Notes under the pieces: generated by a model
Seen by the model: the letters and a program-made list of their open reading frames with translations, nothing else
What the model was told of the DNA's origin: nothing
Databases searched by the model: none
Source: Spirochaetales bacterium Spiro_05
GTDB taxonomy: Bacteria; Spirochaetota; Spirochaetia; Sphaerochaetales; Sphaerochaetaceae
Assembly (NCBI GenBank): GCA_001603115.1
Contig: LVBG01000027.1
Location: 26,638 to 90,637 of the forward strand
DNA: 64,000 nt
Direction: 5' to 3'
In this document: one piece after another, positions 1 to 9,375 of the stretch
How positions within the stretch are numbered: position 1 is the stretch's first letter
How the letters are laid out: every line of letters begins with the position of its first letter
Made by a program: the position numbers and the translations under genes

Positions 1-696
1 GGATACAGCTGGTTTGCCAGTGCAAAAGCTGAAGGGGATGCCATCTCGGTGGCAATCATCAGTCGTCACCCCATCAAGAACGCCAAGGTGCATACCGGCG
101 AGAAGGGGACGCGTCCCGTCCTCGAGGCTACTGTGGAGACACGTCGCGATGATGTGGTGCTCTTTGCCCTGCATGCCAAGAGCCAGATAGGGGAGTTTAC
201 GCAGACTGAGGCGCTTCGCCTTGAACTGGCGAAGACCATCACTGCCTCGGTACGGCAGCGGGAGGGCAGCCTCATGCTCTTGTGCGGTGATTTCAACAGC
301 AATCCGTCTGCCGTCTGGGAGCATGGGGATGTACAAACAGCACTTGTGGACATGAATCATCCGAAAGCGATGCGCTATCTGCATGAAGGTTCGATTGTCC
401 TGACCGGGAAGAGCGAGGAAGTAGGCCCCCTGATTTGGTATTCGCCCTATCTGGACCAAGGGCTCGACCTTGAAACCAAAGGCAGTTGCAACTGGGATGG
501 AAGCTGGCACAAGTATGACCAGATCCTGGGAAACGGGCATCTCTTTGACCGAAGGGGCTGGGAGTTCTCCTCATTTGCTGTTTGCGATCTTCCGCTCTGT
601 TTGGAGGTGAACGGAAGACCGAAGGCGTGGAACCTGCAGACCCTGAATGGGGTCAGCGACCATCTTCCGGTACTGCTGACCCTATCAGGACCTTGA
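1..696 (+). CDS. Endonuclease/exonuclease/phosphatase (EEP) family protein, 5'-truncated by the window edge
   Basis: GDFNSNP, YDQIL and C-terminal SDHLPV motifs; frame is open from position 1. Confidence 0.85.
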   Translation, partial: GYSWFASAKAEGDAISVAIISRHPIKNAKVHTGEKGTRPVLEATVETRRDDVVLFALHAKSQIGEFTQTEALRLELAKTITASVRQREGSLMLLCGDFNSNPSAVWEHGDVQTALVDMNHPKAMRYLHEGSIVLTGKSEEVGPLIWYSPYLDQGLDLETKGSCNWDGSWHKYDQILGNGHLFDRRGWEFSSFAVCDLPLCLEVNGRPKAWNLQTLNGVSDHLPVLLTLSGP

Positions 697-1332
697 TCAG
701 GGGTTCTTGGGGAATTTGAGCTCGTAGAAAATCTGCTCCAACTCCAAGGCGATGTTGATGTTGTGTACCACCGGCATGCGGCCGTCTTCCTGCAACTGCG
801 GCTTGAGCGTGATCGGGCTGAAATTCAGGATGCCCATGACACCGGCCTTCAGCAGCCGGTCGTAGCTGTCCGAAGCTGCCTGCTCAGGTACTGTGATGAT
901 GGCTGCCGTCACCTCAAGGGCTTCTACCACCTCATCGATTCTGCTGATCGGATAGATCGGCACCGGATGTGATGCATCGCTGTATACCAGTGGATCGCTG
1001 TCAAACCCTGCTACGATGCGAATGCCATCCGGCTCGAAGCCGTTGTAGTGCATCAGAGCCTTTCCGATGCGTCCGCACCCGATGATGATGCAGTTCTGGC
1101 TGTCTCCCTTGCCTAGGATTTCCCCAAGGGAGGTCAAGAGGTCATGAATCTCATAACCGCCCCGTTTTTGGCCATGGATGCCCAGTTGGGAGAAATCTTT
1201 GCGGACAATTGCTGCTGAAACGCCAGCTGCATCGGCTAGGTTGTGTGCGAACACTTTCTCAAGTCCAATAGTCTTGAGCCTATTAAGGGAGCGGAAGTAT
1301 CTGGTGATTCGTATCAGTTGGTCATTGTTCAT
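697..1332 (-). CDS. rex: Redox-sensing transcriptional repressor Rex
   Basis: N-terminal wHTH with VRKDFSQLGIHGQKRGGY; Rossmann GCGRIG; ILNFSP. Confidence 0.95.
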   Translation of the reverse strand: MNNDQLIRITRYFRSLNRLKTIGLEKVFAHNLADAAGVSAAIVRKDFSQLGIHGQKRGGYEIHDLLTSLGEILGKGDSQNCIIIGCGRIGKALMHYNGFEPDGIRIVAGFDSDPLVYSDASHPVPIYPISRIDEVVEALEVTAAIITVPEQAASDSYDRLLKAGVMGILNFSPITLKPQLQEDGRMPVVHNINIALELEQIFYELKFPKNP

Positions 1333-1349
1333 GTAGGTTTCTCCTATTA

Positions 1350-1367
1350 ATGTGAATGATTGTACAT
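1350..1367. promoter_or_regulatory. Putative Rex operator
   Basis: ATGTGAA-TGAT-TGTACAT matches TTGTGAA-N4-TTCACAA at 10 of 14 specified positions; inside the wider inverted repeat TTAATGT...ACATTAA (1347-1370). Confidence 0.7.
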
Positions 1368-1387
1368 TAAGTATGAAATTAGGTCAA
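1359..1387 (-). promoter_or_regulatory. Sigma70-type promoter of rex
   Basis: Minus strand TTGACC-17 bp-TACAAT. Confidence 0.7.
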
Positions 1388-1447
1388 TATATTGTGATTA
1401 AAATGGGAGTCTCAACACAAAGACCCCGTTTTATAGTAAATTTGATA

Positions 1448-1477
1448 TGTACAAAACCTTTGGAAAAGTGCTAGGAT
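1448..1477 (+). promoter_or_regulatory. Candidate promoter of the hydrogenase operon
   Basis: TGTACA-18 bp-TAGGAT with extended TGn. Confidence 0.4.
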
Positions 1478-1510
1478 ACTCGCAACGTTTATTTGGGTAC
1501 TGGAGGTTAC

Positions 1511-1984
1511 ATGTCGGACATTAACGAATTCACGTTCTCACCCCAGCTGGTTGCATTCATCAAGGAATGGAAAACCAAGCCGGGAAATCTCATCATGGTG
1601 CTCCATAGGGTACAGCAAGAGCAGGGCTACATCTCCCGCGAGGCAGCGGATCAGGTGGCACAATTGCTCGACGTTCCTTTGGCCACCATCTGGGGTGTCG
1701 TCTCATTCTACCACTTCTTCAAATTGACCAAGCCGGGCGAGCACAACATCCAGGTTTGCATGGGCACAGCTTGTTATCTCAAGGGTGGCCAGGCGATCAT
1801 CGACGAGTTGGACAAGCAACTGCATTTGCCGGTAGGAGCGGTTACCGAGGACGGTATCTTCTCCCTTGAGGCTGTGCGGTGTGTCGGTTGCTGCGGGCTT
1901 GCCCCGGTAATGACCGTCGGTGGAGAGGTTTTCGGCAAGGTCACCAAGGACCAGGTTGCCGGAATCATCGCGAAGTTCAGATAA
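1511..1984 (+). CDS. hndA: Bifurcating [FeFe]-hydrogenase 2Fe-2S subunit (NuoE-like, HndA/HydC)
   Basis: VCMGTAC...CVGCCGLAP; GGAGG RBS before ATG 1511. Confidence 0.92.
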   Translation: MSDINEFTFSPQLVAFIKEWKTKPGNLIMVLHRVQQEQGYISREAADQVAQLLDVPLATIWGVVSFYHFFKLTKPGEHNIQVCMGTACYLKGGQAIIDELDKQLHLPVGAVTEDGIFSLEAVRCVGCCGLAPVMTVGGEVFGKVTKDQVAGIIAKFR

Positions 1985-2000
1985 GAGAGGGCTCCTCTCA

Positions 2001-2609
2001 ATGCATATCTGCATCGACGACTACCTGTTGGACATCGTACAGAACTCCTTTGAGGCTGCAAGCACACGTGTGGAGCTGGTTCTGGACGAAACCGAAAGCA
2101 AGCTGACGTGCTTGATACGGGATAACGGGAAGGGGATGGATGCAGGGGTCCAGAAAAGGGTGCTCGATCCGTTCTATTCGGATGGGGTCAAGCACACAAA
2201 ACGTAAGGTAGGATTGGGGTTGCCCTTCCTCAGCCAAGCTTGTGAGGCTTGCCAGGGGACCTTCGCTCTCCATTCCGAAGTCGGGGTTGGAACCACCGTG
2301 GAGTTTAGCTTCAATCTGGGCCATCTCGATGCTCCCCCGATGGGAAACCTGGTTTCGACCTTTGTCGCACTGCTCAGCCACCCACTGGCCAAAGAGCTGG
2401 TGATCAGGCGGACAGTGAGTACCAGGAAAGGCACCAGTACCTATACGCTCTCCAAAGAGGAGCTTGAGGAGGTCTTGGGAAGCTTATCCACCAGTGGGGT
2501 ACTGAACCTGCTGAGGGAGTACATACACTCCCAGGAGGAAGAGGTGATGACCTACCACGTTGAACCGAAGATGCAGAGTGAGACTCGCAGAACACAACAG
2601 GAGATGTGA
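2001..2609 (+). CDS. Stand-alone HATPase_c (histidine-kinase-like ATPase) protein
   Basis: N box DIVQNSFEA, G1 DNGKGM, F box DPFYS, G2 GLGLP; no sensor or DHp domain. Confidence 0.85.
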   Translation: MHICIDDYLLDIVQNSFEAASTRVELVLDETESKLTCLIRDNGKGMDAGVQKRVLDPFYSDGVKHTKRKVGLGLPFLSQACEACQGTFALHSEVGVGTTVEFSFNLGHLDAPPMGNLVSTFVALLSHPLAKELVIRRTVSTRKGTSTYTLSKEELEEVLGSLSTSGVLNLLREYIHSQEEEVMTYHVEPKMQSETRRTQQEM

Positions 2610-2611
2610 AC

Positions 2612-3016
2612 ATGGCTAAAATGACACTTGAGGAGCTGAGAAAGCTCCGGGACCAGAAGCAGGGCGAAATGCAGAAGCGCGACATCGAGGGCAAAGACAG
2701 CCGCATCGTGATCGGCATGGGAACCTGCGGTATCGCCGCCGGTGCAAAGCCGGTGCTTGACGCCTTTCTTGCTGCTCTGGAAGAGAAGCATATCGACAAC
2801 GTCTCGGTCACCCAGACCGGATGCATGGGCCTGTGCTATGTCGAGCCGACCATCGAGGTGATCGTTCCCGGCATGCCCGACGTAATTTATGGAAAAGTGG
2901 ATGCTGCAACCGCTCGCAAGATTGTGGAACAGCACATCATTGGCAAGCAGTTGGTGACCGACCATATGTTCGATCGCCCGGCAGCTGACATCATCAAGAA
3001 GGACGGGGGTAAATAA
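2612..3016 (+). CDS. hndB: Thioredoxin-like 2Fe-2S ferredoxin subunit (HndB/HydD)
   Basis: GMGTCGIAAGA and TGCMGLCYVEP. Confidence 0.9.
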   Translation: MAKMTLEELRKLRDQKQGEMQKRDIEGKDSRIVIGMGTCGIAAGAKPVLDAFLAALEEKHIDNVSVTQTGCMGLCYVEPTIEVIVPGMPDVIYGKVDAATARKIVEQHIIGKQLVTDHMFDRPAADIIKKDGGK

Positions 3017-4803
3017 TGGCATTCAGAAACTACATCTTGGTCTGTGGAGGAACGGCATGTGAGTCCAGCCGCGCAGACCAGATTTACCAGAACCTGCTGG
3101 AGGAGTGCAAAGCACAGGGCGTTGCAGACGAAGTACAGGTCGTTAAGACCGGTTGTTTCGGCTTCTGTGAACAGGGCCCGATCGTCAAGATCCTTCCCGA
3201 AGACTCCTTCTATGTAAAGGTGAAGCCCGAGGACGCAAAAGAGCTCATCAGCGAGCATATCATCAAGGGCCGCGAGGTTACCCGCCTGCTCTATGACAAG
3301 GAGTCGAGCCGCAAGCATGCCAAGGTTGAGGACATCAAGTTCTACCAGAAGCAGTTCCGCATCGTACTTCGCAACTGCGGATTCATCGATCCGGAGAATA
3401 TTGACGAATACATTGCCCGTGAAGGGTATCAGGCGCTTGAGAAAGCCCTTTTCGAGATGACCAGTGAGGACATCATCGAGGAGCTGAAGACTGCCGGTCT
3501 TCGCGGTCGCGGTGGCGCAGGCTTCCCCACCTGGATGAAGTGGAACTTCTCCCGCCAGGTAGCGAACGACACCAAGTATGTTGTCTGTAACGCTGACGAA
3601 GGCGACCCGGGTGCATACATGGACCGCTCCACCCTTGAAGGGGATCCGCACTCGGTGCTTGAAGCGATGACCATCTGTGGCAAGACCATCGGTGCTCACC
3701 GTGGATTCATCTACATCAGAGCTGAGTATCCTCTGGCAATCCATCGCTTGGAAATTGCCATGAAGCAGGCTCGTGAGTATGGTCTTCTGGGTGAGAACAT
3801 CCTCGGCAGCGGTTTTGATTTCGACATCGAGATCCGCCTTGGTGCAGGAGCCTTTGTCTGCGGTGAGGAAACTGCTCTCTTGCAGTCCATCGAAGGCAAG
3901 CGCGGCATGCCCCAGCCCCGTCCACCGTTCCCAGCCGTCAAGGGCCTGTGGGGCAAGCCGACGGTCATCAACAACGTTGAGACCTGGGCAAACATCCCGG
4001 TGATCATCACCAAGGGTGGCAACTGGTTCAACAAGATCGGTACTTCCGACAGCAAGGGAACCAAGGTTTTTGCCCTCACCGGCAAGATCCGCAACTCCGG
4101 CTTGGTGGAGGTTCCGATGGGAACCACCTTGCGCGAAATCATCTATGATATCGGCGGTGGCATCGCTCATGACAAGAAGTTCAAGGCAGTGCAAACCGGT
4201 GGTCCCAGCGGTGGTGTCATCACTGATGAGAGCCTCGACACCCCCATCGATTTTGGTTCGTTGATCCGCATCGGTTCGATGATGGGCAGTGGCGGTATGA
4301 TCGTCATGGACGAGGATGACTGTATTGTTGACGTGGCAAAGTTCTATCTGAACTTCTCTGTCGATGAAAGCTGCGGAAAATGTGCACCGTGCCGCATCGG
4401 TGGCCGGTCCTTGTGCAATATCCTGGAGAAAATCACTGTAGGAAACGGAACGCTCAAGGATCTGGATACCCTCGAGGCAATCGGTGAAGCTATGAAGAAG
4501 GGCAGCCTGTGTGCTCTGGGTCAGACTACTCCCAACCCGGTCCTCTCTTCGATCAAGCACTTCAAGGACGAGTACCTTGCACACATTGTGGACAAGAGCT
4601 GTCCCAGTGGTACCTGCAAGAAGTTGATCACCTACTCGATCAATGCCGAGAAGTGTATCGGTTGTACGGCATGTGCACGCAAGTGCCCGGTCGCTGCAAT
4701 CTCTGGCGAACGGAAACAAGTTCACATCATAGACCAATCCATCTGCATCAAGTGCGGGGTCTGTATGGAGACGTGTAAGTTCGGCGCCGTCGAAATCCAC
4801 TAG
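3016..4803 (+). CDS. hndC: NADH/FMN-binding diaphorase subunit (NuoF-like, HndC/HydB)
   Basis: GLRGRGGAGFPT, CNADEGDPGAYMDR, GAGAFVCGEETAL, ESCGKCAPCRIG; C-terminal 2x[4Fe-4S]. Confidence 0.95.
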   Translation: MAFRNYILVCGGTACESSRADQIYQNLLEECKAQGVADEVQVVKTGCFGFCEQGPIVKILPEDSFYVKVKPEDAKELISEHIIKGREVTRLLYDKESSRKHAKVEDIKFYQKQFRIVLRNCGFIDPENIDEYIAREGYQALEKALFEMTSEDIIEELKTAGLRGRGGAGFPTWMKWNFSRQVANDTKYVVCNADEGDPGAYMDRSTLEGDPHSVLEAMTICGKTIGAHRGFIYIRAEYPLAIHRLEIAMKQAREYGLLGENILGSGFDFDIEIRLGAGAFVCGEETALLQSIEGKRGMPQPRPPFPAVKGLWGKPTVINNVETWANIPVIITKGGNWFNKIGTSDSKGTKVFALTGKIRNSGLVEVPMGTTLREIIYDIGGGIAHDKKFKAVQTGGPSGGVITDESLDTPIDFGSLIRIGSMMGSGGMIVMDEDDCIVDVAKFYLNFSVDESCGKCAPCRIGGRSLCNILEKITVGNGTLKDLDTLEAIGEAMKKGSLCALGQTTPNPVLSSIKHFKDEYLAHIVDKSCPSGTCKKLITYSINAEKCIGCTACARKCPVAAISGERKQVHIIDQSICIKCGVCMETCKFGAVEIH

Positions 4804-4825
4804 GATCAGGGAGAGGAGGAAACAA

Positions 4826-6574
4826 TTGAATATCGTACATGTAAAGATAAACGGTATCCCCGTCGAGGTTGAAGAGGGGACCAGTGTATTGAATGCGGCC
4901 AAGAAGGCCGGGGTCAGGATTCCGACCCTTTGCTATCACGACGACCTCAAGCCTTTCGGCTCCTGTGGCCTGTGTATCGTGAAGCAGGAAGGAAGTGCCA
5001 AGATCCTGCGTGCCTGTGCAGCCCCGGTGAATGAAGGCCTGAGCGTCATCACCAACGACAACGAACTCTATGAGGTCCGCAAGACCATTCTTGAGCTGAT
5101 CCTTTCCACGCACCCCTCCAGCTGTCTCACTTGTATCCGCAATGGAGAGTGTGAGCTGCAGGACCTGGCCGCTGAGTTTGGCATCCGCGAACAGCCGTTC
5201 GAGGTGCGCATCAGCGATCGTGAGCGTGACGACAGCTCGGCATCCATCGTGCTCGATCCGGAGAAGTGCATCAAGTGCGGACGCTGTGTACAGGTCTGTC
5301 AGGACCTGCAGGGTGTCTTCGCCCTTGAGTTCATCGGTCGCGGTGATGACACAGTCATGGCCCCTGCTGCCATGCTCAAGCTTGAGGACAGCCCCTGTGT
5401 CCGCTGTGGTCAATGCGCAGCCCACTGCCCGGTTGGTGCCATCTACGAAAAGGATGAGATTTCGTCCTTCCGCCAGGCAGTAGCCGACCCGGAGAAGCAG
5501 GTTGTCGTACAGATCGCTCCCTCGATTCGCGTAGGACTTTCCGAATCTTTCGGTCTTCCTGCAGGAACGGTCACCACCAAGAAGATCTATACCGCTCTGC
5601 GCCGCCTTGGGGCAGTATCGGTGCATGACACCAACTTCGGTGCCGACCTCACCATCATGGAAGAGGGCAGTGAGCTGGTAGGAAGGCTGACCAAGGGTGG
5701 GGCACTCCCCCAGCTGACTTCCTGCTGTCCTGCTTGGATCGATTATGTGCAGAAGTACTACCCTGACTTGCTCGACCATGTCTCTAGCGCAAAGAGCCCG
5801 ATGCAGATGGTTGGCGCCATCGAGAAGACTTTCTTCGCCAAGAAGATGGGCATCGATCCTGCAAAGCTCTATACGGTGGCAATCATGCCCTGTACGGCAA
5901 AGAAGTACGAAGCCTACCGTGATGAGACCATGCGCTCAAGTGGATTCCAGGACGTTGACCTGGTGCTCACCACCCGTGAGTTTGCCCGCCTGATCAAGAG
6001 TTCGGGGATTGATTTCCTCCATCTTGAAGAGGAAGAGGCTGACAGCCCGATCGGGGAGTACAGTGGTGCAGGTACCATTTTCGGAGCAACCGGTGGTGTC
6101 ATGGAAGCCGCAGTGAGAACTGCCTACCATGTGGTTACCGGCAAGGAGATGGATCGTGTCGAGGTTGAGTCCGTTCGTGGTCTTGCAGAGATCAAGAAGG
6201 GCACTGTTGACTTTGACGGGACTCCCGTCCGTGTCGCTGTTGTCCATGGCCTGAGTCATGTTGATGAGCTTCTGGACGAGATCCGGGCAGCCAAGGCTGA
6301 TGGAAAGCAGGCTCCGTACGAGTTCATCGAGGTCATGGCTTGCCGTGGTGGTTGTATCGCCGGTGGTGGTCAGCCCTATGGTGCCAACGACATCCTGCGC
6401 GAAGAGAGATCTGCCGGCCTCTATGCCGACGACAAGAACAGTGCTGTGCGGTGTTCACACCACAACACCTCGATCACGAAGCTCTATGAGGAATTCCTCG
6501 ACAAGCCGATGAGCGAGACTGCACATCACCTATTGCACACCACCTATCAGGAACTTCCTGTTTACAAGGCCTGA
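4826..6574 (+). CDS. hndD: [FeFe]-hydrogenase catalytic subunit, group A (HndD/HydA)
   Basis: H-cluster motifs TSCCPAW, MPCTAKKYE, EVMACRGGCIAGGGQP; N-terminal 2Fe-2S, His-ligated and 2x[4Fe-4S] clusters; TTG start with GGAGGA RBS. Confidence 0.96.
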   Translation: MNIVHVKINGIPVEVEEGTSVLNAAKKAGVRIPTLCYHDDLKPFGSCGLCIVKQEGSAKILRACAAPVNEGLSVITNDNELYEVRKTILELILSTHPSSCLTCIRNGECELQDLAAEFGIREQPFEVRISDRERDDSSASIVLDPEKCIKCGRCVQVCQDLQGVFALEFIGRGDDTVMAPAAMLKLEDSPCVRCGQCAAHCPVGAIYEKDEISSFRQAVADPEKQVVVQIAPSIRVGLSESFGLPAGTVTTKKIYTALRRLGAVSVHDTNFGADLTIMEEGSELVGRLTKGGALPQLTSCCPAWIDYVQKYYPDLLDHVSSAKSPMQMVGAIEKTFFAKKMGIDPAKLYTVAIMPCTAKKYEAYRDETMRSSGFQDVDLVLTTREFARLIKSSGIDFLHLEEEEADSPIGEYSGAGTIFGATGGVMEAAVRTAYHVVTGKEMDRVEVESVRGLAEIKKGTVDFDGTPVRVAVVHGLSHVDELLDEIRAAKADGKQAPYEFIEVMACRGGCIAGGGQPYGANDILREERSAGLYADDKNSAVRCSHHNTSITKLYEEFLDKPMSETAHHLLHTTYQELPVYKA

Positions 6575-6594
6575 TAGTTGGCCAGTATCCAATT

Positions 6595-6630
6595 TGCCCG
6601 GCCCCCGACAGGCCGGGCATTATCTTTTTT
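6595..6630 (+). terminator. Rho-independent terminator of the hydrogenase operon
   Basis: TGCCCGGCC/GGCCGGGCA stem followed by TTATCTTTTTT. Confidence 0.75.
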
Positions 6631-6639
6631 CAGGCCCTC

Positions 6640-6679
6640 TACACGAAGAGACCCGGGTTGCCCCGGGCCTCTTCGTGTA
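6640..6679. terminator. Long hairpin, probably ending the convergent lipoprotein transcript
   Basis: TACACGAAGAG-a-CCCGGG-ttgc-CCCGGG-c-CTCTTCGTGTA, 17 bp with one mismatch. Confidence 0.6.
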
Positions 6680-6690
6680 AGACTTGGTGA

Positions 6691-8748
6691 TCAGGGAAGC
6701 TTGCACAGCAGCAAGGAACCCTTGTTCTCGGACAGGACGATCAGATGGTCGTTCTTTGGCGATACAGCCACTCGCTTGGGCATTGCATCCCCAAGCGATG
6801 TGGTTTCCAGATAACCCAGTTCTCCCGTTGAGGTGGAGATGGCGAAGGTGAGGAGGTTCTTGCTCCCAGACGCTGCTACATACAACAGATTCCCCAACGA
6901 GTTGACGGCAAGACTTTGGACGGATTTCATCGGTCCGATGCCGTTCAGGTCGTCGGTATAGACTTCGCACTGTGTCCAGGTGGTTCCGGTCCAGGAGAAT
7001 CTTCCCAAATCATTGTCTGTGGCATAGGCGAGGTTGTCACCGTTCACAAAGCACAAAGCCTTTGCATTGTTCAAGTAGAGCTCTCCGCTTGCTGTGGCAA
7101 AGTCTTGGTCGTTGGAGAACAGGACACCGTTGGTGTTCTTCCTGAAGAGCTTGATCAGGCCGGTTGATGACTCAGAGAGCGCAGCATTCTTTCCATCAGC
7201 AGAAATCGCAAGCCCATCGAAGACCTCATAGTTCTTGTACCATTTGACATAGTGGTTGGTGTCGACCTCTGCTTGGCTGTTTGCATAGAAGTAAGACTCC
7301 ACAAGTCGTGGTGCATCGGTGATGAGTGAATAGAGGATGCCGCTCTGACGATCCAAGGCAGAGGCCGTGATGGAGGAGAAGGTCTCCTTGGTCCCATCGG
7401 TTTTGGTGAAGTAGGCGTTGCTTCGGTCGACTAGCTTGGTGAGTGTTCCGATTCCTATTTCATACTGGTATAGGCTCAGTCCTGGCCGACTTGAATCGGC
7501 TATCGCAACACGGTAGGTGGTGTTGTCCACAAAGAGATCGGTCACACCTGCAGCATTGAACCCATCGAGGGCGGTATAGGTGTGGACGACTTCCAAGGTA
7601 TCACGGACAATTCTGCAAACCTGGATGGTCTGGTGTTGATTGCTGGCCAGCAAGATCTTTCCATCGGGCAGGAAGGCGGCGCGCGCATCCATGCCGACAT
7701 GCAGTCCATCGATAGTGTCCGCTATCTCACCGACAGGGATTGGCACTCCGGCCGTTCCGCTGACAGAGGCTGTGAAAGAAATGCTGGCCGACCCGGAACT
7801 AGCCAGGAGGGCTCCTTGTGCAATGACATCCAGGCGATGGCTTCCGCTGGAGGGGGTGAATGTGCAAGTAGGAGCACTGCTGATCTGCTGTCCATCAAGA
7901 TACCAGGTAACATCAAGTGTCCCGCTGTCACGTTCGTTGAGGGCAACCAGTTCTGCAGTTGCAGGGATGAGCGCGCTCATCGAAGCTGAGATGCCTGCAA
8001 TGGTGCACTGTACCGGAACTCCCAACTTGTTGATCAAAGTCAGGGAGGTGGGGACATCGGCATACTTGTCCAAAGAGAGCGTTATCGACCCCTCTGTGGT
8101 ACGGTTGCCCACCACTCTGATGACTTCAACACAGCCTGCTACTGCAATCGAGCCGCTGTAGAGCTTAGCCTGCAGCAGATAGGAGCCTGCATCGTAGGAA
8201 CCGGTATAGGTCACCGACCCCTGGGCCAGGTTGTTGATGGTCGGAACGATGGCCTTCTTTGCTCCAGCTGCATCGGTGAGCCACAGCTCAAGGCTTGGGT
8301 TTGCAATCTTTGTTGCATCCCAGTCGAGCCGTACCGTCATGGTTCCCTTGCCCGAGAGCGAGTCCAACTCAATGATGGCAGCAGTCGGTTCCTTGGTGAG
8401 GGTTACTTCGACCTGTCCATCCACCAGATCCACCCCGTGGGTATTCTGTCCCACGGCGCGAATCGTCCATGCGCCGATCAGCAGTCCTTCCACCTCAACA
8501 GAGGGGGTGTTGGACATGACGCTGAAGGTGGTCCCCTGGGGACCGGTTCCTTCCACCGTGTAGCGGGACACTTCCAGGGGAGTGTCTTGTGGTGACAGGA
8601 TGCGGTCGAGCGACTGCCGACCCTCCATGCTCAGTCGCAAGGTAGAGCGGTTTGCGTTGCTCTCCTCCTTGCATCCCCCCAGCATGAGACTCATCATGCA
8701 CAGGAGAAAGATCCAGAGCCAACGAGAACGTACATATGTCGTGTTCAT
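6691..8748 (-). CDS. Lipoprotein with Ig-like domains and a C-terminal beta-propeller; function unknown
   Basis: Lipobox LMLGGC; beta-rich; VTWYLDGQ; repeated blade motifs (FLPDGK, ISADGK, VNSLGN, VSPKND); GGAGG RBS. Confidence 0.7.
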   Translation of the reverse strand: MNTTYVRSRWLWIFLLCMMSLMLGGCKEESNANRSTLRLSMEGRQSLDRILSPQDTPLEVSRYTVEGTGPQGTTFSVMSNTPSVEVEGLLIGAWTIRAVGQNTHGVDLVDGQVEVTLTKEPTAAIIELDSLSGKGTMTVRLDWDATKIANPSLELWLTDAAGAKKAIVPTINNLAQGSVTYTGSYDAGSYLLQAKLYSGSIAVAGCVEVIRVVGNRTTEGSITLSLDKYADVPTSLTLINKLGVPVQCTIAGISASMSALIPATAELVALNERDSGTLDVTWYLDGQQISSAPTCTFTPSSGSHRLDVIAQGALLASSGSASISFTASVSGTAGVPIPVGEIADTIDGLHVGMDARAAFLPDGKILLASNQHQTIQVCRIVRDTLEVVHTYTALDGFNAAGVTDLFVDNTTYRVAIADSSRPGLSLYQYEIGIGTLTKLVDRSNAYFTKTDGTKETFSSITASALDRQSGILYSLITDAPRLVESYFYANSQAEVDTNHYVKWYKNYEVFDGLAISADGKNAALSESSTGLIKLFRKNTNGVLFSNDQDFATASGELYLNNAKALCFVNGDNLAYATDNDLGRFSWTGTTWTQCEVYTDDLNGIGPMKSVQSLAVNSLGNLLYVAASGSKNLLTFAISTSTGELGYLETTSLGDAMPKRVAVSPKNDHLIVLSENKGSLLLCKLP

Positions 8749-8832
8749 TTTCGCCTCCACCGTGAAAGGGAAGGGGCATGAGAAATTGCTTCACCTCTTT
8801 CCTTTTTTTGCGGCAGTGGGTACATTCACCGT

Positions 8833-9375
8833 ATGCAAGTACTGATCAAGCTCGTCCTGCTCGGACTCACTCTCGTGTTGGTGTTCATCAACCCTGCCTA
8901 CATCGGGCGCGCAACCTACTATGCGCTCTTTCCGTTGCTCTTTGTGCTGGTTTGGGTCTTCTACAGCATCACCTACTATGTCAGTGAGAAGCAGGTGAAG
9001 CAGAATGGCAATGAGGTGTTTTCGTTCTCGCTTTTCTGTGCAATGGTTCCCTCTTATGGGGATGGGGACCTCATTCGGGGACGGCTTCTCTTTACCTCCA
9101 CCGAACTCATCCTCTTTCAGCGCATGGCAAAAGGAAAGGGCCTGAAAAAGGCCTGGAGCGTGCCGATCAAGGATGTGAAAAAGTTTTCTTTGGGGAATGT
9201 ACTCTCTGTTCGCAAAGGCATCACCTTTGAGACAGAGGGGGGCGATATGCGGTTTGTGATGCGCAATGCACCAAAGTACAAGGAAGCGATCACCAAGGCG
9301 TTGGGGTGGGATGTTGCACCCTCTGTTGGGGTGGGGGAAGAGGCTGCCGCCTCCCCCTCTTTCACTGAGCTCTAG
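8833..9375 (+). CDS. Membrane protein with 2 TM helices and a PH/GRAM-like soluble domain
   Basis: Two N-terminal hydrophobic helices; GRLLFTSTELILF...WSVPIKDV pattern. Confidence 0.6.
   Translation: MQVLIKLVLLGLTLVLVFINPAYIGRATYYALFPLLFVLVWVFYSITYYVSEKQVKQNGNEVFSFSLFCAMVPSYGDGDLIRGRLLFTSTELILFQRMAKGKGLKKAWSVPIKDVKKFSLGNVLSVRKGITFETEGGDMRFVMRNAPKYKEAITKALGWDVAPSVGVGEEAAASPSFTEL

Noticed and set aside
2887-4902. 671-aa ORF antisense to hndC, and similar shadows at 11234-12796, 42479-43531 and 50773-51831
   Set aside because: They mirror well-supported genes; codon bias explains the lack of stops; no motifs or RBS
8761-8810. Purine run / GCATGA / pyrimidine run, loosely similar to the reverse complement of 10470-10525
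   Set aside because: The similarity is mostly low-complexity; no convincing shared motif
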